Of a stretch of 64,000 bases of DNA, positions 44,697-57,626 are shown in pieces. Under the pieces are notes generated by a model. It was not told the DNA's origin. It worked only from the letters and a program-made list of their open reading frames with translations, and did no database searches. The translations under genes and the position numbers were made by a program. The stretch comes from Amoebophrya sp. A120 (lineage: Eukaryota > Protista > Dinoflagellata), in NCBI GenBank assembly GCA_905178155.1, contig CAJINV010000011.1, positions 2,375,331-2,439,330 of the forward strand. Direction: 5' to 3'. How positions within the stretch are numbered: the first letter of the stretch is position 1; every line of letters begins with the position of its first letter.

Positions 44697-46646
44697 ATGG
44701 GTGCCGACGCGAGTCGACCCGTGCGCGGGTCCGTGTCCAGTCTACGTGCTTCGGGGATGAACGAGCATCGGCCACGGAGGTACCGTGGCGAATCTGAGGA
44801 ATCATCGTTCATGCCAGACATCGAAGTTCTGCATGAGGACGCTGGAGCGGCTACAAAAACCGTTTCGTCTGCCGCCGGCGTTCTCCAAGGGAAAAATTCT
44901 GAAGCTGCAGGTGCAAAAACTGGAGCAGGAACTACAACAGTATCGCAGGAAACTGACAACCATCATCTCGGGGATGCACCAGAAGTACCACGAGCAATCG
45001 TCGATCTCGCAAGGACGCCCGAGGAGTCACAACTCATCCAGGAACGCGAATTGGCGGAGACCTTGGCCAGAGAGCTCGATAAGGGGCTCCTTTCATCCGG
45101 CGGCCGCAATATTACCGGTGCGATTATACTGCCGACGCCCAGCAGAGAAGTTCTGGTTCCCGACGCACTTTCCAACTCCCGTGACACCTATGATGCGCCG
45201 GTGTATCAGAAAAGCAGCACGGCGAACTCCCGTTCCCTGAGTGCGCGCACGTCTTTTCGGACGTTGAGTGACGGCTTGCCGGCTGTGGATGTGGACTCGG
45301 ACGAGATCCAAATCATCAGCCCCAGTTCGGCCTTCCGCAGCTGCATCGCTACACCGCACGGGCGACGGAGCTGCTTCGAGGACGCGATAGACGTGGAAGG
45401 AGCTGGTGTTCTAGGTTCCTCATCGAGCAGCAGGGGTCCTCGCGGGTCTGTACTATTCCGTCGGCACTCGGTGTCGTCGCACGTGACAACCGTTGAAAAT
45501 GTCGGAGAAGAGCAGACAGAGGGCGCTGCTGCGGAAGGCGAGCAGCAAAGACAACGAGGTCGCAGCAAGTCCGAGCGAAGTAGCGTTCTTGCCGTGGACA
45601 GCGTAGAAGTATTGACCCGACCAGGCACGAGGACACGTGGTCTCGCGAGGTCTTCAAGCGGGCGTCAAGATGAAGTCGTGGTAGATCATCATCACGCCCC
45701 CGGCTCCTGCACATCTTCAGAGGAAAATGCACCCAAAAATCCCTCCTCTGAGCAGGACGCTGAAGATGACTTTCCGGAGGCGCTAGACCGGACAGTGCCA
45801 CGCGCACCTGCTACAGGGTCATCTTCTCCTGAAGTGAACAAGAAGGAGTCTGACTCAGCAACGACAGTCACCGCGCAAAAACTACCGCCGTCACCAACTC
45901 TATTGGAGGAAATTTTTGTTTCAAAGGAGGATCAGGATGGAAAGGCAAGCGTATTAAGCGACTCTGGTGCGACAAGCAAAACTGCAGAAACGCCGATGGT
46001 CCCCGCCTTGGAGGGCGCCATCGAAGCGTTGACCGATCATAAGAGGTCATGCTCGTCGTCGTCGTCGAGGCCTGCTCCTGCTGCAGACGGTCCTACATCA
46101 CCCGCAAAGAAAGAGCCAGCTCCTTGTTCTGCACCCAAAACCATCCAGGTTCTTTCAAGCGGCAGCACTTCTGTTGGCAGCGGTGTTTTTTCGTCGTCTT
46201 CGAGCGCAACCTCGTCCTCGTCGCAGCGCCCTGAACAAGCTGTCGAAAACAAATCTGCAACCGTCGAAGCCTCTTCTACCCCTGCTAGTACTACAACGCT
46301 ACCAGCAAGGCCGCCAGGCGGGGCGCGTTGGCAAGGGAGCGCGTTTCCGTGCGAAGAAGACGATGAGGCTGAGGAGGTGGAGAATCCGTCGCCGGACCCG
46401 CCACCACTCGATAGGACCACGACCTTGGACGAAGAAGACAGGCACTTATACGACGAAGCTAATGATTTTTTGCTTCAAAATGTCTTACGGGAAACAAGTA
46501 ATAGAAGAATTCAGAATAGAAGAAACAGAAACCTCCCAGGAGCCACAACAAGTGTCAACTTTTTCAGTCCCGAGAAAGACAGCAGCGGGCCGGTGTTTTC
46601 GATGCTGCCCTTACCGTCCTTATCCTTCGTACGCGATGAGGAATAG
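44697..46646 (+). CDS. Single-exon Ser/Glu-rich, probably disordered hypothetical protein (649 aa)
   Basis: Long ATG ORF with low-complexity composition; N-terminus MGADAS. Confidence 0.72.
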   Translation: MGADASRPVRGSVSSLRASGMNEHRPRRYRGESEESSFMPDIEVLHEDAGAATKTVSSAAGVLQGKNSEAAGAKTGAGTTTVSQETDNHHLGDAPEVPRAIVDLARTPEESQLIQERELAETLARELDKGLLSSGGRNITGAIILPTPSREVLVPDALSNSRDTYDAPVYQKSSTANSRSLSARTSFRTLSDGLPAVDVDSDEIQIISPSSAFRSCIATPHGRRSCFEDAIDVEGAGVLGSSSSSRGPRGSVLFRRHSVSSHVTTVENVGEEQTEGAAAEGEQQRQRGRSKSERSSVLAVDSVEVLTRPGTRTRGLARSSSGRQDEVVVDHHHAPGSCTSSEENAPKNPSSEQDAEDDFPEALDRTVPRAPATGSSSPEVNKKESDSATTVTAQKLPPSPTLLEEIFVSKEDQDGKASVLSDSGATSKTAETPMVPALEGAIEALTDHKRSCSSSSSRPAPAADGPTSPAKKEPAPCSAPKTIQVLSSGSTSVGSGVFSSSSSATSSSSQRPEQAVENKSATVEASSTPASTTTLPARPPGGARWQGSAFPCEEDDEAEEVENPSPDPPPLDRTTTLDEEDRHLYDEANDFLLQNVLRETSNRRIQNRRNRNLPGATTSVNFFSPEKDSSGPVFSMLPLPSLSFVRDEE

Positions 46647-47377
46647 CAGTTACATTTTAGGGCAATAGAACGTTGTAGTTCTTTTGAAATCGCTGTGGCT
46701 GTTTGAAAAAATTAAAATGTACTTAGCTACACTAGCGCGAGCCACTAGAAGCAAGTGGATGCTGTTGAAGTTCAAACGACAAGTTTTAGAGCATTTATTC
46801 CAATAACAATATCTTCAATCTGAACTACAATACTGAATCACGACTTCTACAGGTTAAAACGGACCTCCAGCATCTACCTTCCTTCGGATGCGGAAAGCAC
46901 TCCGGACAAACGAGCGAAGGGTACTGTTCTACTTCTCATTGATGTTTCACTGTTATTCCTTACGCCTTTGATGTTGACTTCTCCGTGTATTCCTCGTGTG
47001 GTCAGTTGTGGGTACTTTTGCTTGCTTTTCGGTCAGCTTGGTTGATGCTCCTTTGTTTGGATCTTGGTGGTCGTGCTTTTTTTTGCATTCGTATCTCTAC
47101 TTTACGCGATGCAGTAGATGCACGACTCGTACTCGTCTTTGCCTGCTTCTTGTACGGCTAGTACTTAGGTGGTGTCTACATTGTTACCCAGCAGTGGCGC
47201 ACATCACATACACACGAACGGAGAACTTCTGCCACCCGTTCTGAGTACTCAGAAAGCCAAAATCGTCGATTGTCGATCTTTCTGTCGCTTACGCACAATG
47301 CGTTAATTCTATATTCCCTAGAGCCACCAGTGCTTGCGCTTTTGCTTTGCACAGACTTTCATTTGGACTAAATTACT

Positions 47378-50300
47378 ATGGGCAACTCCCCGAGCAGTAA
47401 AAATGCACGTCGAAACAAAACTTCAGGCCGTGGCAGTTCTAGTTCCGCTGATCAAGGAGGGATCTCCAGCGGGATAACACGACCTGGCAACATCGGTGCT
47501 ACTGTCCGCCCCTCGGAGCTGTTCTTAGCCGTGCACGAATACGAGCGTGAGGCGTTGTTTCAGCACCGGCTCCTGACCGGCGTGGATGTGCTGTACCGCG
47601 ATGTCCTGCAATTGCAGCGGAAGCTGGATGTGCTGGAGGTGTTGCTCGGAGCGATCACCAAGATTCAAGGTATATATAAGGGCATAAATAAGCGTACAGA
47701 AAAGCTATTGTTTTACTTTTGGTTCAATAGCTTTTGATTGTTTTTGCATCTGTACCAGCTGCACGCAAAAACACTGTGCGATTTCATTCCGAGCTAGCGG
47801 CACGCATACCTTTGTTTTTGTATACGCAAAGCATTTGGGAGCTGGTCGGTTGGTGGGAAAATTTGCTATACGTACCGCAATTTATTTGACGTTCTTCTTC
47901 ATTATGTCATTAAACAGATGACGACCTAGAAGTGGATACCGTGGTCGCGGAGACGCGATCCGTCATGCACCAGAAACTGCAGGAAGCTGAGGAAGCGATT
48001 CATTTTCGGGTGGCCAACTACCAAGTAGGCGTCGTGTGGCCTCGCAGCGGGTTGCTTTCCCTGATCTGTCTGCGGGACGCCTGGGTGGCGCACTTTGTCA
48101 GTGAGTTGCGTGAAGAATTCCGGTTGGCGAATATCGAGGTGCAGTCCTGGCTTGAAGTCGTTGCCAGCGCCGCGACAACAACAGAAGAAGATGTTGAAAC
48201 TCGTGCTGTCGACGCAAATAAAACTACAGCCGTAAGGAAAGAGATCGGAGCGGCAGATGAAAGTGTAGTTGATGAACAAAGGGAAACCACTGCCAGTAAA
48301 GAGACCACTGGCAGCACTACAAGCACCACCGCAGGCTCAGGAACATCGTCCACCCCGGTCGTGTGTCGGCAGACGCTGCAACGGATAAAGGACCAGATCG
48401 AGAAGCAGTTCGACTATTGGCAGTCGGAATTTCAGGACTGCTGGGACTTGTGGCAGTTGTCCACGGAAAAGCTGCACAAGACGGTGGCGAACAAGAACAA
48501 AAAACTGGAAGATTTGGAGCGGATCCTGCTGTGGAACCAGGAGCTGCATCAGCAGGTCGCAGCCGGGAATAATAATCCGGTGGAAAGTGGTTCTACTCAT
48601 GCGGATTTTGCCTCGCCAACATTAGCCACGGAAGAGAGCAAAGGTGCAGCTGCGACATCAACAGCAGATAAATCCAGTGATCATGGCGCAACAACGAGCG
48701 GCCCAATGAGCAAACAGGAAGCAGCTCCTACTTCAGTTACAGAGGCGGTTTTGTCAACAAAGACAAGCAATCCACGCAGCAGAACGTTACACACGAGCGG
48801 TATCCGAGGGAAGAGCGCAGCGACCGCCGGCGCGAACGGGTATCGAGTTGTGGTTCGCAAAAGCAAGCGCACCGGAGCTTCAGGCAAGCAAGACACGACG
48901 CTGTTTTCAAACGGTTTTCTGCACCTACAAACCTTCTCGAAACAGTTGTTGCCGAGCCGGCAGCAGTCGCAACCTGCTTGTGCCGGCAGCGGTGGCTCGT
49001 GCGGCGGGGAAAGTAAAGAAGAAAAAGCTCCTCTTTCTGAAGGATCGAACGCCAGTAAGAACGCTCCGGTGATGGGGGCCAGTGCCACCATCTCAGAAAC
49101 TGCTGGAGAGGTCGTGAAGACTTGTTCCAGCTCTGGCACTGCAGAGCCGGCTCCTCATCCGCATTCTGAAGATGCAGGAGCACTCACGGTGGACCCGGAC
49201 GTGATCTCACTGGCAGCAAATAAAACTGACGGCCCTGGGCTGGGGAATCGCGGAGGTCAAGATCCAGTCCACCAAAATGCACTTAGTGACACCGCGGAGG
49301 CTACGTCTGATGAACGCAAAGTACCAGAACCAGCGGAGCACGCTGGTACCGCTTCGCTTTCTGAGGGGGCGCAGGAGCAAGGAAAAGCCGAAACAAAAGT
49401 TGTTGCCAAACGCAATCAAGAGCAGGAACCCACACAAGCTCCTGCGGCAACATCTCTCGTTTTATCAGCGACCGCAGCCGACACACCTCCTGACGGAGAT
49501 CCTGAGTCCATTGCCCCACCAGCAGACGAGCAGGAGAAGAAGCCAGTAGGTGTTCTTCCTGCTACTGCTCCTTCAATTGCGACCGCAGCCCAACAACTAC
49601 ACAGTGCTTCATTCGACAACTACAGCACCGCGGTGGAAGAAACTACGATGCCCTTGGTGTCTTCCTCGGAGGAGGAGGACGAGGACGAAGATTCCGCTGA
49701 TTTTTCGCCGATAACCTGCCGGGAAAACATCTCCAGCGACGAAGACGACGAGGATGACATTGTTCCACCGAGGTTACTAGACGACGGAGGTCATGATGAT
49801 CTAAGGGATCAGCCTGAAGCTCCTTCAGGGGTAGCTCTTGTGCCCTGCATAGTGTCCTCTCCGGCGGTGTTTTCCTCGAATACTACCTCTCCACACGACC
49901 AAGAGAACGAAGAGCCGTTTAACAATAGTGCTCGCCCGAGCGCTCGCTGCAGCTTCCAGCTCGCGGAGATTTTGGATTCGCCGAGCGGGGCAGGAGGAGG
50001 AAGGCTTGAGCAGTTAAAGTTTGACCTGGATACGGGGAAGCTAGACGCAGATGTAGTATTCACATCGGCTGTGCCGCTGGGAGTGAACGCAGATACACTT
50101 AGTAGCGCTGAAAAGCAGGGGCTGCAAGATTCGCCGCCCGGAGATCATGCCGAACAAGCGAAGGTTGCAAACGGTGAGAGGGGCGCACCTGAAGACACCG
50201 AGGAGAAACCTACCATCGCTGGCACAACTCCCGACCCGGTGCCCCTCGCGGAGCGCCTGGCGCGCAGCTCTTCCGCCAAAAGAAGAAGCGAGTGCTCGTC

Positions 50301-53300
50301 TGGTGTCAAGGTGCATAGCTTTGGACAACAAGGTGAGACTCCTCTTGCAGCTCGAGTGTCAACAACGACCCACCCGTCCGCATCGCCGGTGGAGGTTAAT
50401 AAGACGGATGTTGATATTCTTCCGGAAGTTAAAACTGGCGGAACTTCTGCTTCTCATTCTACTACCACAACAGCACCACCTCCACCCCCTTCTGCTCCCG
50501 AACCGGCGACGAACGAGCCGATTCTGCATATGCCAGGATATCAGCTCACCACGAACAACTTCTACTCGGCGCACGGAAACAGGAACTTCTATGGACCCCT
50601 GCTCGAGTACGATACCATCGTCAGCCGCACGTTCGCCTTGCCGGACGAGGTTTCCATCTGTTGCGCCTACGTGATCGCAAATCTGCTGTTGCTGGAACTG
50701 CACCAGAGCGTGCACGCCGTGCCAGACGGCTTTCAGAGACTGAAACTGCTGGTGTCGTTACTCGGCGGCGAGAGCAGTCGGGAGATGAAAAGGAACAACG
50801 ACTACAGGAACGGCCAACTTCTACGGGGGGGTAAAAATAGCAGTTCTAGTAGTCCGGTAGTTCTTGCAGCAGGTGCATCAAACAAAGAGCACCAGGGTCA
50901 AGAAGAAGAGAACGGGAACCTTCAAGAACACAGCAAGAGTACATCAAGCGGAACAACTCAGAACGGTGCCTCAAATCGATTTCGAAGCGAAAACAAAGCG
51001 GTAATGTCCACCTCGTCTACTTCATCTGCACCACCCACTGCTGCTAGTACCAGCACGACCAGCGCCGCCTGCGCATCTAAGCCTTCTGGTTCGGCGTGTT
51101 TCTATCACCTTCGCCCCTTCATTGCGCTTCAACTGCTCTACCGTGGGCGCGAACTGACCGAACTGCTGCAATTCGTCGACCTCGCGAGCATCGACCGGGC
51201 GGAATACCGAAAGCTGTGCTACTACCTGCAAAAGTCAAAAACGCCGGAAGATTTCCTCACCAAGACGGGCAGCACCGGGGCGGCAGTAACAACCACGGCG
51301 ACAACTACAACATCTTCGTGCTCTCCGAGGAACGAACACAATTCAACACCGCGAGAAAATAATAAGAGTAGTCGCGGCTCGTCCACGTTGAACCCCCCTA
51401 TTCAAAGTGGAGTTCCCTCGTCCTCTGCCTCTGGTACAACTACTGCAGCTGCGCCCGCACGCAGCAAGCTGAGCTCCACGTCTTTGACGATTATCAGTGG
51501 ATTAATCCTCGACGCGATGCACGCCTACTTGAAGTTTTGTTGCGAGGTTTTGTGCCAGATCAGCATCCAATCGCCGAAACTACAGAACAACGTCTTGACG
51601 CTGAGCGACGTTATGGTTCTGGTGGAGCACCAACACCAAGCGGGGTCGGTGGGGAAGAAAAGGAGGAAAACGACGATTTTTGGAGGAGGATCTCAGCGCA
51701 CCTCTACCTTGAGTTCTTTGTCGGGGAGAAAGGACTTTGCAACCTCCACTACGCCTGGAGTGGTGTCGCTAGGTACCATTCTGAGTTCCGGCGGAGGTGT
51801 AGCAGATGTAGATGATGCAAGAGCCACGGCACAAGCTGCGCAAGAGCTGGAGAACGACTTACACGCACTGTCGATTGAGGAAGCGGAGCAATTTCTCGCC
51901 GAGATCAACGCCTTTGTATCCCTTCTCGCCTCGAATGAAAACTGTCCGAAAGTGTTTTCGGGCGAACAAGAAGAAGATCTACTATTGCCACCGGAAGAGC
52001 AGGACGGCGCGAGCGCAACGGGAACGACAGCAAGCGGTAGTAGTTCTAATCTCTTCGGTAATATTGACCCTATGGAAGCGTGCTCCCCGCGGGCACACAT
52101 CAGCCAGCACGTGCTGAAAGCGGAAGGAAAAAGTCTCGGGAATAGCCATGCGAACAGGAACAAAAACAGCAGTTCATCATCTTCTTTGAGTAGGGCTGCG
52201 CAGACTTCTTCTTCGAGGAGACGACGGCCGGGTAATGTAGATAGAACGCCAAAAAGAAAAAATCACAAACAGCAGTCGGACCAGATCGCAGACGGGGATG
52301 CAACAGCTACTTCTCTGTCGAAGCCACGAAATTGGGGCCGGAAACACGCCGCGCTGACGTTCCAATCAACGAAATCACAGCTGTGCAAAGTCGCGAACAT
52401 ACTAGAGCACGCGGTGCAGTTATTGACGGTGGAAGAAGAAAGATGGAGAGTGGTGTCTTCTCCTGAGATGATTGCGAACGACGAGGAGCTTGTGCCTTTC
52501 CATCTCTTCATTGTGGACGAAAACGAAAACAAGGAAAATGTTGACAAACAGCAGCTACAAGATCAAGAGAATGGTGCGAACGACATTGCTACATCCTCAA
52601 AACCCGGCTCCAGCTGTTTGCCAAAAACGTCGGGAATCTCAGTCGGCACTTCCGGATCTTCCTCCTCCTCGTCCTCTTTTGTTCCTCCAGGTGCAAGAAC
52701 ATTACCGCCTTCCACCTCGCAAGGTAGAGAACAACCATCGATAAACACGACAAAGAAGCGGCAAACAAGCGGTTCTGGCCTCTGCGGCCTGGGGGACAGT
52801 CGGGCTTCCAGAGGGAAACAAGAGGGGAGCGGGAGTACGAGCGACGCGACAACCGGAGGAACGAAAAAAAAGTCGGTTTTCCCTCCGAATGCAAGCATCA
52901 TCGACCGCCTTGCGCAGCAACACGAGCGATTCTTGCGACAAACAGGCCGGCAAGCCGCGATTAGGAGTGGTGCGAATTCAACTACTAGATGGAGAGACGA
53001 TTTTTCAGCTGGAAGGGAACAAGTACACAGAAGAGGAAATTATAGACCTCCAGGGCCTAGTACTCCTTCTGTTTCAGGACTTCTACCCACGGGTCCTCGT
53101 ACAGCAGTAGAACGAGAAGTTCCACCTCCTTCCACATCAACTCCAACCGATCGATTCCTGCACCGTTCGCGAATTGTTTTGCTGAGGATGTTTTTGCAGT
53201 TGAAGGTGGAAGATTTGGAGCGGTTGGACAAGAGCATTAAGCAGGACGTGACGCAACTGCTGAAAACCGCGGTGTCACACTGGGGCCAGAGGGAAGCGCT

Positions 53301-53727
53301 GCTGTTGCAGGCGATCCGGGGACGGAGAAGGACCGACGCCGAGATCCTTTCTTCTTCCTGCATGACCTACTACTTCCTAGACAGCTACAACAGCATCATC
53401 ACCTCCACACGGATGTCGTCGAATAACGGCGGTAGTGCTTCTTCTAACCAAGAGATGAACCGACGTGCTGCTGCAATTATGGAAGATCTTCGCGATGGCG
53501 CAGATGCAGGTAGTAAATGCGACGAGGACCTCCAACAAGAGGAGCATTTTTACCCGGAAGACGAAGACACCATCAGCAGGAAATACTGGGTCAGCAGCCT
53601 GTTGCAATGGCACGCGGACCCAAAAAAGTGCGTGTCTGACCCGGAGACCGGTCAGTTCGTATCCCCGCTGCAGACCGCGGAACGGAGAAACATGGGGTTT
53701 TTGTTTGAAGAGCATGTTGTTGGATAG
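47378..53727 (+). CDS. Large hypothetical protein (~2030 aa), 2 exons, helical islands within Ser/Thr-rich linkers
   Basis: Exon 47378-47669 joins in frame via GT-AG intron 47670-47917 to the 1931-codon ORF; N-terminus MGNSPS. Confidence 0.8.
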
Positions 53728-54395
53728 GAGCTCCCATACCCATGCGTCAAAATCGTGGATGGGGTGGGATGAGAGGGTCCTGCGACAATGAGGATTGACT
53801 GCGAGTGCGACTTCGACCTCACTTATTGCAGTGATGAGAGTGACGAGCATTGAATCAGAATCCTGCGGTTGGAGTTGGTCTCCCCCGATAGTGCCGATTT
53901 TGGTATAGATCCAACAACATGGTCGACGGTCATCTGCTGAATAACGATGACAAAGGGCACACCCACGATGAAAAGCGTCTTGGTAGATGAAGAAGTCGCA
54001 CAACAAATATAACGAAGATACGAAATAGATGGCAAGGAAGGGCCACAGGCCAATCCCAGTCGGTGAATCGGCAAATGCCTCGACGTAGGATTAAACGGGA
54101 CAGAGTCGATGTTCTAGAGATTCTGTGTTGCGAGAGAAAATAAGAGAGTGAAAAATCAAAGCGAAGGAGTGATTCCCTCGTTTAAGTCTGCTTTTCGCTG
54201 CTGCTTGCGTCGTTGTCGTTCTAACGAGTGGAGAGATTGCAGTGCTCTTCCAGATGGTGATGCGTTGATGTTTTGATGTTTGCTAAGGTCCTGGGTCTCG
54301 TTCATGCAAGTAGCTGAAGGGTTAAGGTGGTACGTATGACTGATTCTGCTGCTTTGTTGATCCTGTTTCAGCTTTTCATGTGAATCAGGAGCATT

Positions 54396-54744
54396 ATGGG
54401 CTCGGCGCAGAGTGCTTTCGGCATCGGCTCTTCGAGCGTCCATGACCAGGTGCTCGGGCCAGCTTTTGCACCGCGAGCAAAAACCACGACCAGCTTTGTC
54501 GGGGATGACCTTCTAAACTCGGCCGCACAGAGCGCACGGGAAGCTGCACTCGCCGCAGAGTCGGCGGCGCAAGCCGCAAAAGTCGCCCTGGCGGAAGTTG
54601 CCGTCGCACGGCAAGCCTCGGGCAACGCGAGAAAACAGATCCAGTAAGTTGTAGACCGTTCTTGTGTTGTTTTTTTCATCTCGCATTCGTAGGTACCAAG
54701 AACCCAGGAGCAAGAGAAAGCATGGTCTTTATGACGAATCTTGA
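54396..54744 (+). CDS. Small Ala-rich hypothetical protein (~99 aa), 2 exons
   Basis: ORF MGSAQS...; 49-bp GTAAGT...TAG intron (54644-54692) gives in-frame QYQEPRSKRKHGLYDES-stop. Confidence 0.6.
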
Positions 54745-57626
54745 GTGCAATTCCAATGCCAATTTCCGCTGCAAGTGCAACATTTAAACCATGCTATTCT
54801 TGTCCAATTGACATTACCATTACGAATCTACAATTCCAATTAACTGGAACTACAGTTACCTTCGAAACGCCATGGAGGGACCAACTGGGGTGGCGATGGG
54901 CAGCTAAGCGGAGGCGTAGATAGAGCCCTGGAGGCGCGGCCCTGGTGCGCTAGCGCTCCTGGGGCTTGGTGCTTTATTTTGTTTGAGAATTCAGATGAAC
55001 TTTTATACTTTTTTGCGTACGGGACCAAACGGAAAACTCCGTTCGGTGCAAGACGAACTTTTTTGCGTGAATAAATGGAATGGCGTCAGATGATTTCTAT
55101 CGAAGATCGATTTTTCCCGGCCCTGCGCTGCCGTGAGTCGTGGTGCAGCAAATCAATCACGAGGATTTAGCCTTACGATTGGGACAGCCCATGTGATCGT
55201 AAGGCTTTGTTTAAAGATTCTTTCGATGTTCAAAGAAGAGCATACTTACTTACTCGAAGGACGATCCCTACACTCTAGCAACTTGATGTATGGCGGGTGC
55301 ATAGAAGAAGAGATGAAAGAACAAGCAACAGACAGCAGGACGAGTGCTTATCCCATTCCGGGAGATATTGCGTTTTATCTGCACTGAGACCACCGAAAGA
55401 TCAAAGCGAGAGAAGCAATTGTAAGATGAGTCAACATGACAATCATTGGCACAATTTTTGGCGGCGTGTACGTGTTACGACTATCAGTGCAACCGAGATC
55501 TCACTCTAGTGGCATACGAATCCGACCGAGTTTTGCGATGGTCAAGTCAAAGTCTTTATTTATGAGAAGGACCGGCAAATAGTTAGTTGCGGTTGCGGAC
55601 GGTGACGATCTTTATACACCCAGCTAGAGTTTCGTCAAACGCACTCGACGACGCGTACTAAAAGTAGAGCAGCGCTAGTACCGTAGACTATGTCTACTGC
55701 AAGAGGAATTGATTCCGATAAAGGCACTTAGTAATTAAAAAAGCTGATGTTTCACCCGAACGCGAACCAAATACACAGCGGCAAATAAAGATATTATTGT
55801 TAATATTACAAAAAAGAAAAACTTAAACTTAGATGACGACCACCAGAATCGAGACAAAGCAGCGCGCTGCAATTAGTGTCTACGATTCCTTCGTATGCAG
55901 TGGGTACATAGAGTCGATGTAAGTATCTTGAAGATTCTAGCGTGTTAACACATATTACACATTAACATAGACGAGCGATAATTGTGTGTTGGATTTTATA
56001 GTATTTGAAGTAACTTCCTTAGACTGTCTTTTGTTCTTGCGCAGCTGCAGCTTCTGTGTCTGTGCGACTTCGTGAAAAATCAACGAAGCGCCATTTAGGT
56101 GTCTCGTGTACGCAATATCGTAGCACTTTTTTTTAGCCTTAGACAGACAGAGACACAGGAAGCATTTTAATTTTTACGCTTCTGCACAGCCTGGCCTTTT
56201 GATTGTGAGCGGTGCCAAGAAGATTCGACGAATTCCCACTTAGAAATACTTAAAACAAAGATATTCGTATCCAGCCCCTATGTTTCAACTTCAAGGTAGA
56301 TGAAAAACGCAGTGACTTCTTAACGATTACCAGCAGCACTACCAAAGCCCGGCTACGTAGTTGCATTGGCAACGAGGTTCGAAAGTGCCACACAGTGCAC
56401 TTAGCATTTCTGATTACACTTACAGTCGAAATATTTTTTCTTTTGCCGAGTACTATCATTACGCCCCAACAGCTTTTTCCACTTGTATTCTGTCTGCCAG
56501 TTCTTGCAGACTGAACCGCAACCTTTCTCGACCAAGCAAAAAATGCAGAACCTTCAAAGCATCCGCAAGCTGGTTGCCATCGTTGGTATGATTTCCGTCT
56601 CCATTGCTTTCATAGATTGAAATTTCGCTAGACAACTAGCAAGTGCAAGACCCCGCGTCTTAGCGGTTGGTGGATGACGTTGAAATAAGCCAATATTTGT
56701 TGTGGCTTCGCAACATTTTTTATTTGTTTTCGGGAAGGAAAAGCAGTTTTCCTTCTCGAAGAGGCAGTTGCAAAATCAAGACATTTTTTCCTCCTGACTC
56801 GACTTAATAGTGCCACACCACGTATTAACAACTTTTTCGGCTAAGTGTGTTGGTCTCAGCTAGTGAAACTTGGACGCGGCCCTTGGGGTTTTAAAGGACA
56901 CAGGTACCGTTTCAATGCTCTCCAATTTATTCGCAACACTAAATTTGCGATAAAAACCTTAAAGACGAATAAGGACGGTTGCCTCGTCAGCGCCGTTTGC
57001 AATAGCTACAAGCAGTCACAAGCATAACAGCTACACGACCCACACACAAAGCAATACCAAATCTAAAGCTTTATTATTTTCTTTCAGACAGTTGCCGTTG
57101 CGCTTGCAGCGTTCTCATTCGAACCTTTTTGATTTCATTGTAAAAGTATGGTCTTGTTTAACGAGCCGCACAACTAGTACAGGATTTACAGCAGTAGCAG
57201 CAGCGCTGGTTGGCGCAAATCGAAATATTGATCAGTTGTAGGCAACAAGTGGACATCAGATAAATACAGACACAGACTCAGAGAGTAGTAGATTTCACTT
57301 TTAGAAATGCGTGTGGTGCTGCGCAGTGACTATTAGTTTTTACTGTTTGAGTAGATACGTTGAAGTGCCCTGTGTTAGTTGAGAGAAGACTGATTACTGC
57401 AGGAAAAGAAAGCTCAGCATCCACTTTGGAGTTGAGGTTGTGCCATCAAAAACAATTTCACACGACTACAAGGTCGTTCGTAGTCGAAGATAGTAGGTTG
57501 TAGTATCTATGCTTATGTTATGTTGAGGTTGTTCGTTACGGTTACAGTATGAAAATTTCTCTCTTTCTTCTACAACTACTTCTTCCACTCAAACTCCGAA
57601 TCGAATAAGAAGGCTGTGCGTCGTCG

